Below, one piece after another: positions 13,191-27,000 of a DNA stretch of 64,000 nt. Origin of the DNA: Octopus bimaculoides (lineage: Eukaryota); assembly GCF_001194135.2 (NCBI RefSeq), contig NC_068990.1:9971089-10035088 (forward strand), in the 5' to 3' direction. The first letter of the stretch is position 1. Every line of letters starts with the position of its first letter. The notes beneath the pieces are model-generated. The model was not told the DNA's origin. It searched no databases and worked only from the letters and a program-made list of their open reading frames with translations. The position numbers were made by a program, and so were the translations under genes.

Positions 13191-13249
13191 ACATGTAAAA
13201 AGAGAATACATGTAAAACGAGAATACAACATGTAAAATGAGAATACAAC
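13191..13249. repeat. Minisatellite, 3 copies of ACATGTAAAA(A/C/T)GAGAAT(ACA)
   Basis: Direct reading; units start at 13191, 13208 and 13228. Confidence 0.9.
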
Positions 13250-13284
13250 TAGGTATTCAATTATGGATTCATGTGTACTATAAC

Positions 13285-13440
13285 GTTTAAAATTCAAATA
13301 CGATCGGATCCCACTTTACTATTCATCCTTTCTCGGTGTAAAATGTAAGTTACCAGTTGTACACTGGATTGATGTAGTAGACGTAACACTCCCTCTAAAT
13401 TGCTGGCCTTCTGCCAAACTTGGAATCTGATATTACTTAC
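13285..13440 (+). mobile_element. Degenerate SINE family A, 3' two-thirds
   Basis: CTTTACTATTCATCCTTT...TACCAGTTGTACACTGG...AAATTGCTGGCCTTCTGCCAAA is colinear with the family A copies. Confidence 0.6.
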
Positions 13441-14939
13441 AAAAATGCTAAATGAAGGAAGCAACATCATACCCTGAATACACACACAAAAAAGAAAGAA
13501 TATTTATTACAACATGAATATATACCACTCTTCCACTAGGAAGCATGGTTTCCTTTTCAAATGAATATCGATTGCTAAGGTGAGCATTTCTAAATTGAGG
13601 ACACGCTTTAGTATAAATTATGTGTCCGTCAAAGTAAGATCAGCAAAATCGTACTCAATCCGGTGAGGGATAAATATCGTTTAATGTATATCGTATGTGT
13701 TTATGAGCTGCTAATAGTTTCATACATTAGAGACGTGGTCGTGAAATGTTTTCTTGTTCAAATAATATTTAGACTCAGAGCACAAGACGTTTTCAAGTTA
13801 CAAATCAGGACGGTAGAAGAATAAAATTCCCAGGAGCAGCTTCGCATGTTATTAGCATTATCTTCATATCTAGAGTACAACACCTAACATCCTATCAGAT
13901 TTTGTAACGGGAGAGCAAGGTGATGGTGGACGTCTGAGTTGATTGGAAGCATTTAAATACTAATAATTTTTCTTCGCGACTTAGACAACATCATCTAGCT
14001 CCCCTTCAAAATCTACTGTAATAATACTTAAGACACATCTACGAATAATGCATTTTATTCTTTTACATTTAAACGAGAGTTTTTATGTGTTAGCCTCTCA
14101 ACTCAAGTCTCACATTCCTATAGCGATACAGATTTCTCCACAGTCAGAGGTTTATTTCTGAGTAAAACTTTGTATAAAACGCTGACTAATCACGTAAGGT
14201 ATCTATAAAAAATCTTTATTTTTAAAATATATTTATTATATTGAGAGATGTTTCGGAATGCTGACATATTTTTATTAGAAAGTACATGAATCACGAGTTA
14301 TGTACGCAGTGTGTTTGAGTACTCATATTTCCAAAGCTCTCTGGAATTTAATCCGGCACACGCAGTCTATGCTTCCAAGTAACGTGTGATTATGTTTGAG
14401 TTAACGGGAATATTTTTGTGGACAATTAGATTGGATACTGAGTGACTGATTACCACGAAGTGGACCTTAAATCTAGCACAGCTGATGTCAAAATATCTGT
14501 AAGTTTTTATTGATTATGAAATAAATATATGCGCATCTGTCTATTATTTAGAATGTTGCCTAACATTAGTGCAAAATGTTATTGGAAGAAAATAGCTCAA
14601 GTCACCAGTCATATATAAAGCAAGCTACTTGTGAAAGATAACTTAAAATATAGAAATTGATTTATCCAATAAATATGAAACTACAAATAATTGTGTGTTT
14701 GCAACTGCAGAGGATGTGGTAAATATGACATTTAAGTATTAGAAAATTTTGCTGCAGGATTTACGTCGCGTTTGATGTTAATTCAGCTGTTTCCTTGTGT
14801 CTTGCTTGCGAATACATTGTGTAAGATGACAGGGAATCACATAGAATACGTATACTTATAATTATGTAGCCTCATATTTCCAATACTATTCAATGTTTTA
14901 TTAATAACTTAGGAACTGCACATTCCTGTAGCTAACACA

Positions 14940-14940
<1 letters not shown>

Positions 14941-15005
<65 letters not shown>

Positions 15006-15006
15006 C
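14941..15006. repeat. (ATCT)n tetranucleotide microsatellite
   Basis: Direct reading. Confidence 0.95.
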
Positions 15007-15770
15007 CTATATATGGAGTCAGTTGGCAACTTCTAATTTGGTGACATTTAAAATTCTCACCTTAAAGAAAGCAACATCTCCTAACATTTTGGATGCGCGT
15101 TTTTCATACAAGGAAGAATGAGAATAGTTTGATAGGAATAAAATGAATGAGTTTGATGCTGAAGTGCAGGTAGATGAGAAAGGTGCAGAGATTAGCATGT
15201 TGGGAAAGAGCAACCGAGAGAAGAGAGTTATATCAAAAACAGGAAAGGAAAAAGAGGCGAAAGACACTAGTGAGTCGCGGGAGATTGCGTGCAATGTAGA
15301 AACAGTGAAAACATAGATCTACGTGTTAGCGTTAAATATATCAGGTAGATAAAGAACACAAAAAATGAAAATGGGTGAGAGACAGCTTTTAATGAATAAT
15401 ATATTACTTCAATAGCGGGAAGTGATCTGATGTTTCGAGTGCAAGTGCTTCATCAGAAAAATAAAGGAATGATTTTCAGACGGTACTGTAAGTGGTGGAG
15501 GAAAGTGAAGAGGTTAAGCATATTTGATGTGACGGAACAATGCAATAGTTGTGTATATATTAACATATATTCATTTGTATATAAGTATATGTATATATAA
15601 ATGAATATATGTACTCATGTGCATGTATAGATAGTCGTGTTCTTACCATACTAACTATACTGCTATACCAGAATGGGCATTATGACAATCCGACATTAAG
15701 GATTACAATACACACACACCCATACAAACACACGCATACATATAAATATATATATTTATATATATGTATA

Positions 15771-15920
15771 CCAGAGTAATTACATAAAAGCGAAACAAGG
15801 TGGAAAAAATAGTACTCGGTTATCAGAGATAGATTCTAAACAAAACTGTCCGATGAACGGGACGTGAAACATTGAGTAATAGTTTTTGAGATATTTTTGT
15901 TGCTTTTTAATAAAGTATAT
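15771..15920. mobile_element. Short Penelope-type pseudo-LTR fragment carrying a hammerhead, embedded in (TA)n
   Basis: Hammerhead motif at 15842-15886, TA-microsatellite flanks, and resemblance to a recalled Octopus repeat. Confidence 0.65.
15842..15886 (+). ncRNA. Minimal type I hammerhead ribozyme motif (U4C core variant)
   Basis: Stem I AAAACTGT/ATAGTTTT (8 bp, one G-U); core CCGATGA; stem II ACG-GGA-CGT; GAAA; stem III A-U and C-G closing ATTGA; cleavage triplet GUA at 15876-15878. Confidence 0.72.
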
Positions 15921-15949
15921 ATATATCAAAACAAAGAAATATCTTTGAT

Positions 15950-16150
15950 GTATTACTTGTTTCAGTCACTAAACTGCGACCATGCTGGGGCAACCCCTTG
16001 AAGAATTTTAACCGAATGAATGAATCCCAGTACTTACTGTTTTACGCCTCGTACTTATTCTATCATTCTCTTACGCCGAACATCTAAGTTACGAGGATGT
16101 AAACATGCCAACACCGGTTGTCATGGAGATAGATATGAACACACGCATAT

Positions 16151-16200
<50 letters not shown>

Positions 16201-16352
16201 GCCGGGCTTATTTCAGTTTCTGTCAACCAAATCCACTCACAAGCTGTCGGTGGGCCCGAAGCTACAATAGAAGACACTTACGCAAGGTGCCACGCAGTGG
16301 AATTGAATCTCTAACCATGTGTTTGGAAAGTAAGCTTCTTACCACACCTGCA
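15950..16352 (-). mobile_element. SINE family B with expanded internal (TA)n
   Basis: Reverse complement is colinear with 7091-7485 (GTGTGGTAAGAAGCTT...GGCACCTTGCGTAAGTGTCTTCTA...CAGCATGGTCGCAGT..GTGACTGAAACAAGTAA). Confidence 0.88.
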
Positions 16353-17861
16353 TTTAGATAGCTAGATGGATAGTTGGATAGTTGGATAGATAGATAGATA
16401 CATATATACATATACCATTCAGATACAATCAAATTTCCTTTGATGGAACATATCATTTGCATATTCAGTTGCACCTTTTTTGAATAACGTTATCTGGATC
16501 TTATCAATCCGTTTTAAATCATATTACCTTATCATTTTTGTCAGGTTGAGATTTTGAGAAGAGATTTATTTCCTCCTCTTATCGGACACATTGAAGTAAT
16601 ACTCAGTTTTGTTTTCTCTTTGGGATATATGACCGTATACGCACACACACACGCACACACACGCACACACACACACACACACACACATGCATAAATGCTT
16701 ATATGTGTCTGCTTGTGAGTGTGCATGTGCGCATATTCGTGAGAATATGAGAGTGTGTATGTGTTTATGTGCGAGAATGTGCACATGCGTGTATGTACAT
16801 ATATGATGTACGTGTTTGCTTTATATTCTCTTGCCACACTACCACTTTATTTTAATATTTATTTCTCCTTTGATTTGTGTATGTTATTTAATGAGGATGG
16901 ACCATTTGAAATTTTGACAAACAGAGCTTTAGTCTCTTGTATGCTTTGTGTGTATTGACAACGCCGAAGACTATCATTTTTTTTTTCTGTTTTCTAAACG
17001 TTTCTTTTAATTCGCACCAGGTATAGAGTCCAGAAAATATTAGTAGCTTCAAACATTTTGGGTAATACAACCATTATATACATATTTGAAGAAAATAAAT
17101 TACCGTCCACCAACTTGTATTGAACCACTATTAGTTGATCATATATTTTTCCTTTAAATATAGACATGATGTTTTCCCCATTTTATTACTTCATCTAAAT
17201 TACTTCAAGCATTGAATATTTACAAATTTTACACAATAATTTGCAGTATTAGGAAATAATTTGAGATAACGGCTAAAGATAATGAACAGAAAATTGTTGA
17301 ACCTAATATATTGAGAGATAGACAAAAATTAATAAAGGAAACAACTGAAAAGAAATTTAAAGCGACACATAAATACGTTTTATGATAAGCCTGTTGCCTT
17401 TAATTTTGGTATAACTAATTACATAAATACATTCAATTTGTATCCACTTCGATTTAATACGCTGTACTAGAATTTAACGATTTGTTACTAATTAAGTTCG
17501 TAATTAACGCGGATTTATTCTTTGGTATTTATAGATAGGTACTTGATATTATTCATATCAATCTTAGGATATACAGAAAATACACTGCAGTTCATTCATA
17601 GATGGAACTATTGAAGTAAGCTTTCATCACGTTTATTTTTTCTAAAATGTAATGAATATTATTGAAATTTCGAAGTACATGCAATAAAAAAAGGGGAAAT
17701 AAATGCGCGAGATCCTCTATCAAATAGATATTTGGTTTGTTTTGTTACTCAGATATCGATACTTCTCATTTTCAGTCAACATCAACGATGAAGCGACATT
17801 TTGCAATGAACGCTAATAGATTATTCAAACATTTATAGAAACAATGAAACGCAAAAGATCT

Positions 17862-17912
17862 AACGCGTCGCCCGGTCCAGGAATCGAAACCACTAGGCCA
17901 CGCGCCTCCACA
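17862..17912 (-). mobile_element. 51-bp tRNA-like SINE head (family C) with internal deletion fusing the A and B boxes
   Basis: Minus strand TGTGGAGGCGCGTGGCCTAGTGGTTTCGATTCCTGGACCGGGCGACGCGTT; compare the undeleted head at 53244-53306. Confidence 0.7.
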
Positions 17913-18894
17913 TATATCCGGTATGAGATTGCATAAATCATGTTAAATCTAATAGACTCTTGAAAAGAAGTGTGCAAATAAGGGTCTGAATGGAGTGTAT
18001 GAGAAAGTTGTGTAGGAATGCAAAACTCTCTCTCCCTCTCCCTTTCTCTCTCTCTCTCTCTATCTATCTATCTATTTATTTTGTCTATCTGCAGGAATGA
18101 AATCAAATCAACATGATTTTTATGAGATTGTTGTATATCTTTAAATGGTTGATATGACTCTTAGAAGATAATTGATTTCAGTTTCACATAAAGTCCTATG
18201 TTTGTTATATGAAACAATGAAATATACATGTTGCATCTTTTAAAATATCGCTATATATTTGTTGTGTTAATGTAAGATTAATTTTAAACGACCGACTATT
18301 TCAAGTTTTCATGATGCTAGGAAGTGATGCAATTCAATAGTAGGTGGATTATGCTTGAAAAATTATCTCAAATATCTCTAGAGAATTGTAATTCTCCACT
18401 GAATTCTTATGTTATTCATTTGCCTGTCACAGAAGATCTGAATCCAAACTCATTAAAATATTGTCATTCTCAATTCATGTACGTATGAAACAATGAGAAT
18501 CAATTACTGTGATTTTGGTAATGTGGTTTTAGAATTTCTACATATTTATATTCTCGAAGGTATTAATTTACCTGATGTAGCCACTTGCCATGATACTTGT
18601 GTCAGGCATATTCAGAGTAAAATCAATCATATATTTTTGTTTCACTTACAGAGTGAAGAACGGAAAAGGGAACAAACACAAGGCTTAATGTGCACAAGAT
18701 GATTAGACAATAAATGTAATAAAGCATATATTATAAATGAATATCTCAGTGTATGAAAGGAAAATGAAATGTAAACCATATATCACATTGTAAATTATGT
18801 TCTGACCGCATCTATCATCACCAAATGCACAAACACTGAATATGTCGCAATTCGACATACTGCAGCTTCCATAATAATTTCTCTAACTATTTTT

Positions 18895-19050
18895 GCCTGG
18901 TTGCAATTTTCGAAGGGACGGTGTCATGATGAGACAGAAGAAAGCATTTGATAGGCATTTATCTTATCGATTCCGAAGCGATGAAAGGCAAAGGCGACCT
19001 CAGCAGTATTTGAACACAGAACACAATGAAATGAAGGAAATGGCGTTAGG
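18895..19050 (-). mobile_element. Degenerate SINE family A
   Basis: TTATCGATTCCGAAGCGATGAAAGGCAAAGGCGACCTCAGCAGTATTTGAAC matches the reverse complement of the family A centre. Confidence 0.7.
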
Positions 19051-19135
19051 CGTCTGCTCCATAACAATAAAATATTTGTTTTATCAACGATTGTAAGATA
19101 AAGCTATTTAGTTTTATGTTACATACGCAACTATC

Positions 19136-19136
<1 letters not shown>

Positions 19137-19175
<39 letters not shown>

Positions 19176-19204
19176 CATACACACGCACACACACACACAC
19201 ACAC
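19137..19204. repeat. (CA)n microsatellite
   Basis: Direct reading. Confidence 0.95.
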
Positions 19205-22200
19205 AAATATATGTGCAGTATGTGAGTGTGTACCTGTATGTGTTCACGTGTGCATGTGTGTGTGTGTGTACGATCTGATATAGCTGAGTGGATCCTTTTG
19301 GCCGTGTTAACTCGCACTCGGTGACGCATATGATATATTTTATGACTGTTTATTATCATTTTTATAACTAAATCCTGAAATACTAAGATAAATATTGTCG
19401 TTTAACATTTTACGTGCATATTGTAACTTAACATCTTACGAGCATACTTGTTAGTAACATTGCGGTAAAATTTAAGTTGGCTCTGAATATCATGGAGTAT
19501 GTTGTTTTCAATTTATTGAACGGTTACATTTTCTAATCATGCTTGACCTGGAGACTATCATGAGTAAAATTGTAATGTGCTTCAATGGAGAAGAACTGTA
19601 CTGAAGAAACGCTAACATTAATATGAAACTACTTCACAGCAAGCGCGCTGCAAATATTTCATCTTCATAAATTTTAAATTCCCATTATACAGTCATATCT
19701 GAATTGTTCTATCATGTAAACTAGTGTAAAATCAAAGAAGTAGTCATAGCTGTCGAAATGTAAAGCTAATGAACAAGTTTCGAAATCAAGAATGACGGAT
19801 TATAGAGTGCGTAACATTCTATGAAATTTCATGAATTTATATTTAAATTGAGCTTTAGGTAGACTGCTGTGTCCCATATTTCTACATGAATTTGGGACAA
19901 TTAATTCGCTCTATCATTGGGCCTTTCAGTAATTTTTCTTGAGATTCATTGTTGTGTGGCATATATTTTTAAACAATTGTCTCTTCGTTTCGAGGAATTT
20001 ATGAAAAAAGGTTGAACTGTCATTACAAATTATTATAAATCTTATAACAGAAAAATCTAGCTGCAAAGTGATGTGAAACAGAATATACCATTTTTTCCCC
20101 GTACACATTATAAAAGAATATTTCCATTCAAATAACTGCTACCACTACTGTGTGTGTGTGCGTGTGTGCGTTTGAGTTTACGCATTATACTGCTTGTAGC
20201 TGTAATTTTTTCTCACATCCAGCCTTTTGTCGTCATGTTGCGAGGTGTATTGTGGTGGTAGGTGTAATTGTTCCATTCAAGTTTTCGGTTCAGGCTTGGT
20301 CTACGTGTGACCCCTGTAAACTGTTAAGGGTCGTAAGTGTTGTATGTGTTGATGATACCTTAACTTTATTGTTATTAACCGAGCCTCTCAGTATGCTGGT
20401 AGAGCACTGACGAAATCTCATGTTTGAGTTTTTATACACGATTTCCCAACAATCATCTTACAAAACAAATACATAAAGATGTGTGTGAGTATATATATAC
20501 GGTAAGAAATAATTTTTGCCTCTTTTTATATAGACAAAAGGGTTTATATGTCTGCAACCCACTACGATTTTGACATATTTTTAATTGCGAGGATATCAAT
20601 TGATATATTTAAAAAAAGTTTTTAGTAGATGTGACTAAAAGAGTTTCTAAAATTTAGGTGCATAAAAGAATGTACATACCTTGTATATATTGTGCACACC
20701 TTGTCTGTTGGAACCTCATTATTGCATTATACAGCAGCCATTGTCTAACACACACGATACTCCTCTCCCGACGCATATATATTGCCAATTTCGAAGAATG
20801 ATAGCATTTACCTTCCATTAGAAAGAACTGAAAAATATTGGGCGTTCCTCAAACCATAATAGTCCGGGAGGAATGTCATATATCGTTACTCTAAAGATTA
20901 GAAATATATCATATCGAAGGCTCAAAAGTTTGCAAGTCTAACTTAAAAGTAATGCTCATGCGCATCTCAATGAGCCTTCAACACACAAATAACTCCTGAA
21001 AATAATAATAATGTTTACATTAATGCGTGCAACCTCTTAAATTACGCTGCTGTATATTAATATTTTTCTATCCTTTTACTGACCATTATATACATAAATA
21101 TTTTACAAAAATATATATAGTTTAGTGTCTTTGGGAATTCTAATTGATCATACCTTGATTTACACCCTCGTATTCACATACAAACGCATTGCCACGGGCT
21201 CTTCTCTCTATACTGATACCTGTGTGGTGATACTTAAAAGCCGATTATCTTCTACTTGTTTCTATATCAGCAGACACTTTTGTGAAAAAATCTCATTAAG
21301 TGAAAGAATTACTTTTCTTTCGACAGTCGGTAGGGAGATTTTATTAGTAAATTGTAATCGTGTCGACTTTCTGCTGATTGTTCATACATGTTTTTGAGGT
21401 TACAAGATGTAGACAAAAAAATCATCTTCATCGCTTAAAAGTGAAGCTATTTTGGGAGTGTCTCTGCACCTTTAGAGTAATGTTTTATAAATTGTGACGG
21501 TCAGACATGCAACGGGGGAAAAAACACACGCAATACTGTTGGAATATATTTTTGGCCCTACCCATTCACTTATTATCCCTATCAGAGTTTCTCATATAAC
21601 ATTTCAATCCATGTGTGGACAATTGATTTTCAAGAACGGAAACCTCAATTGTTATTTCAAAAGCAAAATGCAAATGCAAGCTAAGAAGTTATACACGACG
21701 TATTGGAAACGATTTTAAAATATTTGATTTGAAGGGATTTATAAATTGTGAAGCACAAACTTTCAATATATGCTTCATTGTGTACTTCTACTAAATAATA
21801 AAAACCCCAAACATTCCATTTTGATATGAATTTACGTTTAGATATTACTATGCCATCCATATATAATTCCAGATATAGTATTTGAAATAATTACAGCGTT
21901 GTTAAGAAAGGACAAAGTATTAATACTGTCCATAGTTTCTACTTTATACTAAAAATAAACTGAAAATTAAATTTGACAGCGTACAATTGAATACATTAGT
22001 GCCGATATCTTCCTGTTGGCTATGTAATCGTTAAGGTGTATTTGCACTGATAATTCTATCTGTAAATAACAACATTAGAAATTACTAGCGAGTGAATCAA
22101 GTGATGTTATATAACTCGATGTGTTATTTCACCAAAATCTAGTTAAAATAAGATTTCAATTAAGGAAGAACAATATCCCGATGGTTGATATTTCCCTCTG

Positions 22201-23185
22201 CCTAGTATTAATCCACTGACAACTTTACGAAGCCCTACATGTTTCCTTTACAATATTAAATCTATCAAAAACCTTCACCATACATGTTGCTCAGTAACTT
22301 CCTAATGGCTTTCCCTATTTGTACGATAAAACTAATATGCCTAACTTCTAAGATTAGATTATTGATAAAACTATATCTTATTAATAATTTCAACAAAACG
22401 TTTCTAATAATGGACATATTTTCAAACACCATTTATTCTATTGAAATGGAATACAAAGTAAAAGTAGATTCAGAGAAAAATTAAGGTCCATTGACAGGGT
22501 TGGTTGGAATGTAGTGAAGCGATGTATGCAAAAACAAGTTTGAAGCGACAATTTCCTTTGGCAAATTTTTCTGCTATTGTTAACAATAATTCATCGCGTG
22601 CATAGATAAAATTATGTTTACAAAACAGGACTTCCAAAATCGAAGGTGCAGCATGGGTGATAACCGACATAATTTCATTCAGCATGGTAAATATAATAAT
22701 CATATATTCACAACGTAAGATGGGACAGACTGAAACATCCTCTAAAAATCTAAATGTTAACGGTTATGATGATTAATAAAATTATAGCGTATTTCGGTTA
22801 AAGCTCTTGTTAAATAGATATTCTAATTTACAACGTTCCTGTCATTGGTATCCTTACAGAAAATGTGCAACTTAGCAGGTTTTATTAACAACATTCAAAA
22901 CGCCGGTAACAGGGAGGAGGAGCAGGGAATAGCTTATATAGAAGATAGGCATTCAATTATAGACAATGTATATTTATGTTATAAATATACTATCTACTCG
23001 GTATATTTTAAACACATTTTCAATAAATATTCTTAAAAGGTCCGATAATCTCTTTAAAATATTTTTTCATATCAAGTAAACTAAACGGTGGGATATAATA
23101 TGTTATGAATAAAAAATATGAAGAGTACGGGATGTCTTTCGTAAATGCGTGCAAGATGCAGAATTCATGTTCTGTGCTTGACATT

Positions 23186-23404
23186 AATAATTATTTCTAC
23201 TGTAGGCACAAGACGTTGAAAATTTTTTGGGGAAGGGGGTTAGTCGATTACTTCGAACTTAGTGCGTAACTTGTACTTATTTCATCAACCCCGATAGGAT
23301 GAAAGGCAAAGTCGACCTCGGCGGAATTTCAACTCAGAACGTAGCGGCAGACGATAAACCGCTAAGAATTTTGCCTGGCGAACTAATGATTCTGCCAGCT
23401 CGCG
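23186..23404 (-). mobile_element. SINE family A, near full length
   Basis: GGATGAAAGGCAAAGTCGACCTCGGCGGAATTTCAACTCAGAACGTAGCG...GATTCTGCCAGCTCGC is the reverse complement of 276-493. Confidence 0.9.
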
Positions 23405-24019
23405 AAAATACGAACCAATCTTTCATATAAACTTAGCTAATAAAAGATATAATAAGTATTATCGAGTTACTGCAAATGCAAGGTATGCGGGAATGTATAT
23501 CAAACTGTCAAATACGGGTTGAATTCATGTCTTGTTAGCGAAAATGAGGTAATCAGTAGTTGTTATAAAAAACGAATGGTAAAAATGTAACTGCTTAAAG
23601 TGTTGCAAAAACGGTTGCATTTCTCTTAAATTCAAGCACAGTATCGCGAACATGAACGAGCATTACAGATAATACAATTATTAGATAGATCTATACTTAT
23701 TGGGAATTGTTGCACTATATCAATGAAATATAGCCGTCTGCTCTCTATCTTTATCGAGTTCGAGATCAGACTCTATTTAATAGCGCCAGAGCACAGAGGT
23801 ATGTGCTATGAAATGTACATGCAAACACAAGCACATGCGCAGGCGCCTCATGCACTCGCACACGCACATATGTGTATATCAGTTCATATATTGACTTAAG
23901 TGCTTATACATGTTGCATATATNNNNNNNNNNNNNNNNNNNNNNNNNNNNNNNNNNNNNNNNNNNNNNNNNNNNNNNNNNNNNNNNNNNNNNNNNNNNNN
24001 NNNNNNNNNNNNNNNNNNN

Positions 24020-24072
<53 letters not shown>

Positions 24073-26438
24073 TATACATATATATAGATTAATAGATAGA
24101 TAGAGAGATACATAGATATATAGATAGATATATAGATAGAGAGAGAGATAGAGATATGAGCATGCATATATTTATATGTTTATCAATGTGCGTACATTTA
24201 AACATAATTTCATACATGTATACATACGTACTGACACATATATGTGTGACTAAATGGTATCCTATATTCCTATATCAACGCACCGTTATCTGTTAGAATA
24301 TTACGGACAATAATATTTTTTCTTGTATTATATCACAATATATATGTGTGTGCTTGTATGTATTTCAAGTAATAAAATGTAAATACGAACTGCGTCAGTT
24401 ATTTTTATTTGGATATGTTAAAACTTAGCGTTTAATAATTCATCATTGTTGATATACTTAGTTCTTAATATACTTGTCAGAGAGTGAATCAAGGAAATTA
24501 GATACTTCTGAATGGAAAGTGAGTGTATATTTTTCTATAAAATATTAGAAGTAAAGACCGGTAAATATGTGCTACCTCGAAAGTCAGAAGAGAATCTATT
24601 AAAAATATATTTATCTATACTTCGAGAATAATAAATGCAATTTATTTCGAACATATTCAAAGAATATGTAATCTATTCCCAGATATACTAGTTATTGCAA
24701 TTTTACATGCGGAAAAAAAAAATCCGTTATCCAAATAATTATTATCAAGAACATAACAAACATCACAATTGCATAGCCATTTGTTATTTCCTTTATTCGT
24801 AATTCATCAAAAATATAGAATCAGAAATTTTTTTACTGCTAATAGCATGTTAGTCCACTACTATCCACAAAACAAAGCCTGGACGTTAAAAAAGAACACA
24901 ATGTGCATTTTAGCAACATTTGTAAAAGATACAACGGCGTAATAATAATGACGAGTCAGAATAAAATCCACATAGCTGCATATACATTAAAGTATTAAGC
25001 AGATATATCTGCTTATCTACCAATACTTAAGCAAAGGGAAAATCAATAAAACGAATGTAACAAGACTAATGGGTTGCGTAAAACAGAAATAATGTTGAAT
25101 TGGGATATTAGAAAGGAGCTTTTAAAGCAGTTTCGGCAATAGTGATGGGAAATGGGAAACACCATAGCTTTCCCAATATATGTAGAGATATTGAAAGAGC
25201 AATGTGCTGATCATTTGCAGATACGCTTTTCAATAAATGAGCATAACGTATGTAACCTACATAACCAACTAGGCATTACAGAGAAATGTCATATATTAGG
25301 AGAAGAAATCGATATTCATACAAACGAACAGAAATGATACCCAAAGACCGTCAACGAAATACAATTTTATTGTGCATTGCGGTAGGGAGAAGAAATCCGA
25401 TTCATCGCCATTATACAGACATCAGTTGCGCCTTACACTATACATATTTACTTTTGAAACAAAGACATTTAAACGACATATTCCTTGATTCTTCCCAGAG
25501 ACTATACGTACATGTATGTGTGTGTGTGTGTATAGATAAATAAATATACATACAAACACACACACACACACACACACACATGTATGTAATTGTTCTTCCT
25601 TTTTTTATTGTCGGTTTGCGAAATGATGTATAAGGCAAACAATTTTTCATACCTGTGTATCAGTTATTTACAGGACTCTTCAGGCACCGCTTGTGCATAA
25701 ATATATTTCCATTATTTGTTTCTATATTGAAGGGTTTATTGTCGCATGTTCTGTAAATATTTTACTGTGTTTGCTAATTTTTAGTGCCTCGCTGCTCCAA
25801 GACCGCGTTGTAAATCTTCGTGTAAGTGTGGTTATCTCCATGGGCAGTAAGTATCTGTGAGATAAAATCAGGCCTAGTATATTTTTCAGATTTGATATAA
25901 GCATATAAGATACACAGTGGCCTCTGCATCCTCGTTCAGTTTTGCAGATATGGAGAACATTAAGAAGATCATTGTCCTCATTCATTTTGCATCTTCTCGT
26001 TCGTGTATCGTTATCATTTGCTATTGCTGAGAACGATGAATGAGAAACAATGCTAGTATCTTTGATACGGAATATCAAACACAAACACACAAACACGCAC
26101 ACACACACACACACAAACAAATACGCGCACTCACACGCACGCACACACACATACATGTATGTAAATTTGTACGAGGAGCTGAGGTATCCAGTATGTTGAT
26201 ATAAATATTTCGTTCATGAGGAAGCGTACGCATTCTTTCCTGTTTTCCTTTAGTTTCTCAAAAATATCCTGTATATTTAATACTAGTATATATATGGATA
26301 TTGATTGTCAATGTTTTAGTCACGCGTTATATACTATTTAAGTGGTGAATAAGGTTACAAATGTGTTCTGTATTCGTTGAAGTTGAACTCTAATTTTAGA
26401 ACATACATATATATATACAGACACTTCAACATTGCACA

Positions 26439-27000
26439 TACGAGTGTGGGATGAAATGTTCATTGGCTGCATATGGGGCATTTATGCTAGACTTGTGAAA
26501 TATTTCATGAATTAATTTCATCTCTTCATATAAATAAATGTGTTGTTTCATTCGAGGTATACTGACATTGGACTGTTCAAAGAAAACTTCAAACCTAACT
26601 ATTACATAATTCTCTTGAAAATGGATTAAAATTGGCATCCTGCTGTTCTCGACGAAATGCAAAAATCTAGCATGGCCCTACAACACCTTCAAACTGATAT
26701 GCCTCCTGCATTACAGGATTATGCAGCAGTTTCATCAACAGTACAAAATGCACTGCGAAATTAAGAAGACAAAAGTCTTGAAGATGACCGGAGGACCTGG
26801 ACATCCTTTGACTGCCACTACTGAGGAAACATTCATAATTGCCACCATATGGTGATGGAGGACACACTACTGAGTATAAACCAACCAAATAGCAAACCAT
26901 TCTAGTATATCCCGTGAAGCCTCTGAGAATATTCTGCTCAGCGAATTCACATTAGCAGTACAAGGCGATACAAAATTGGTTTCAGGTTGTCAGCTCACTT
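26439..27000 (+). mobile_element. Mariner (Tc1/mariner) remnant: left TIR plus N-terminal transposase pseudogene
   Basis: TA-CGAGTGTGGGATGAAATGTTCATTGGCT TIR-like end; ATG at 26621; frameshifted scraps MD.IWH, SLEDDRR, TATTEE, HHMVMED, NQIANHSSISREASENIL match the mariner HTH region and the 53325-54105 copy. Confidence 0.75.

Noticed and set aside
13191-13249. Short direct repeats as CRISPR-like array (also 57112-57219)
   Set aside because: No unique spacers, eukaryotic context, no cas genes; ordinary minisatellites.
25152-25337. Weak mariner-like peptide (HNVCNLHNQLG)
   Set aside because: Too little similarity and no TIR.
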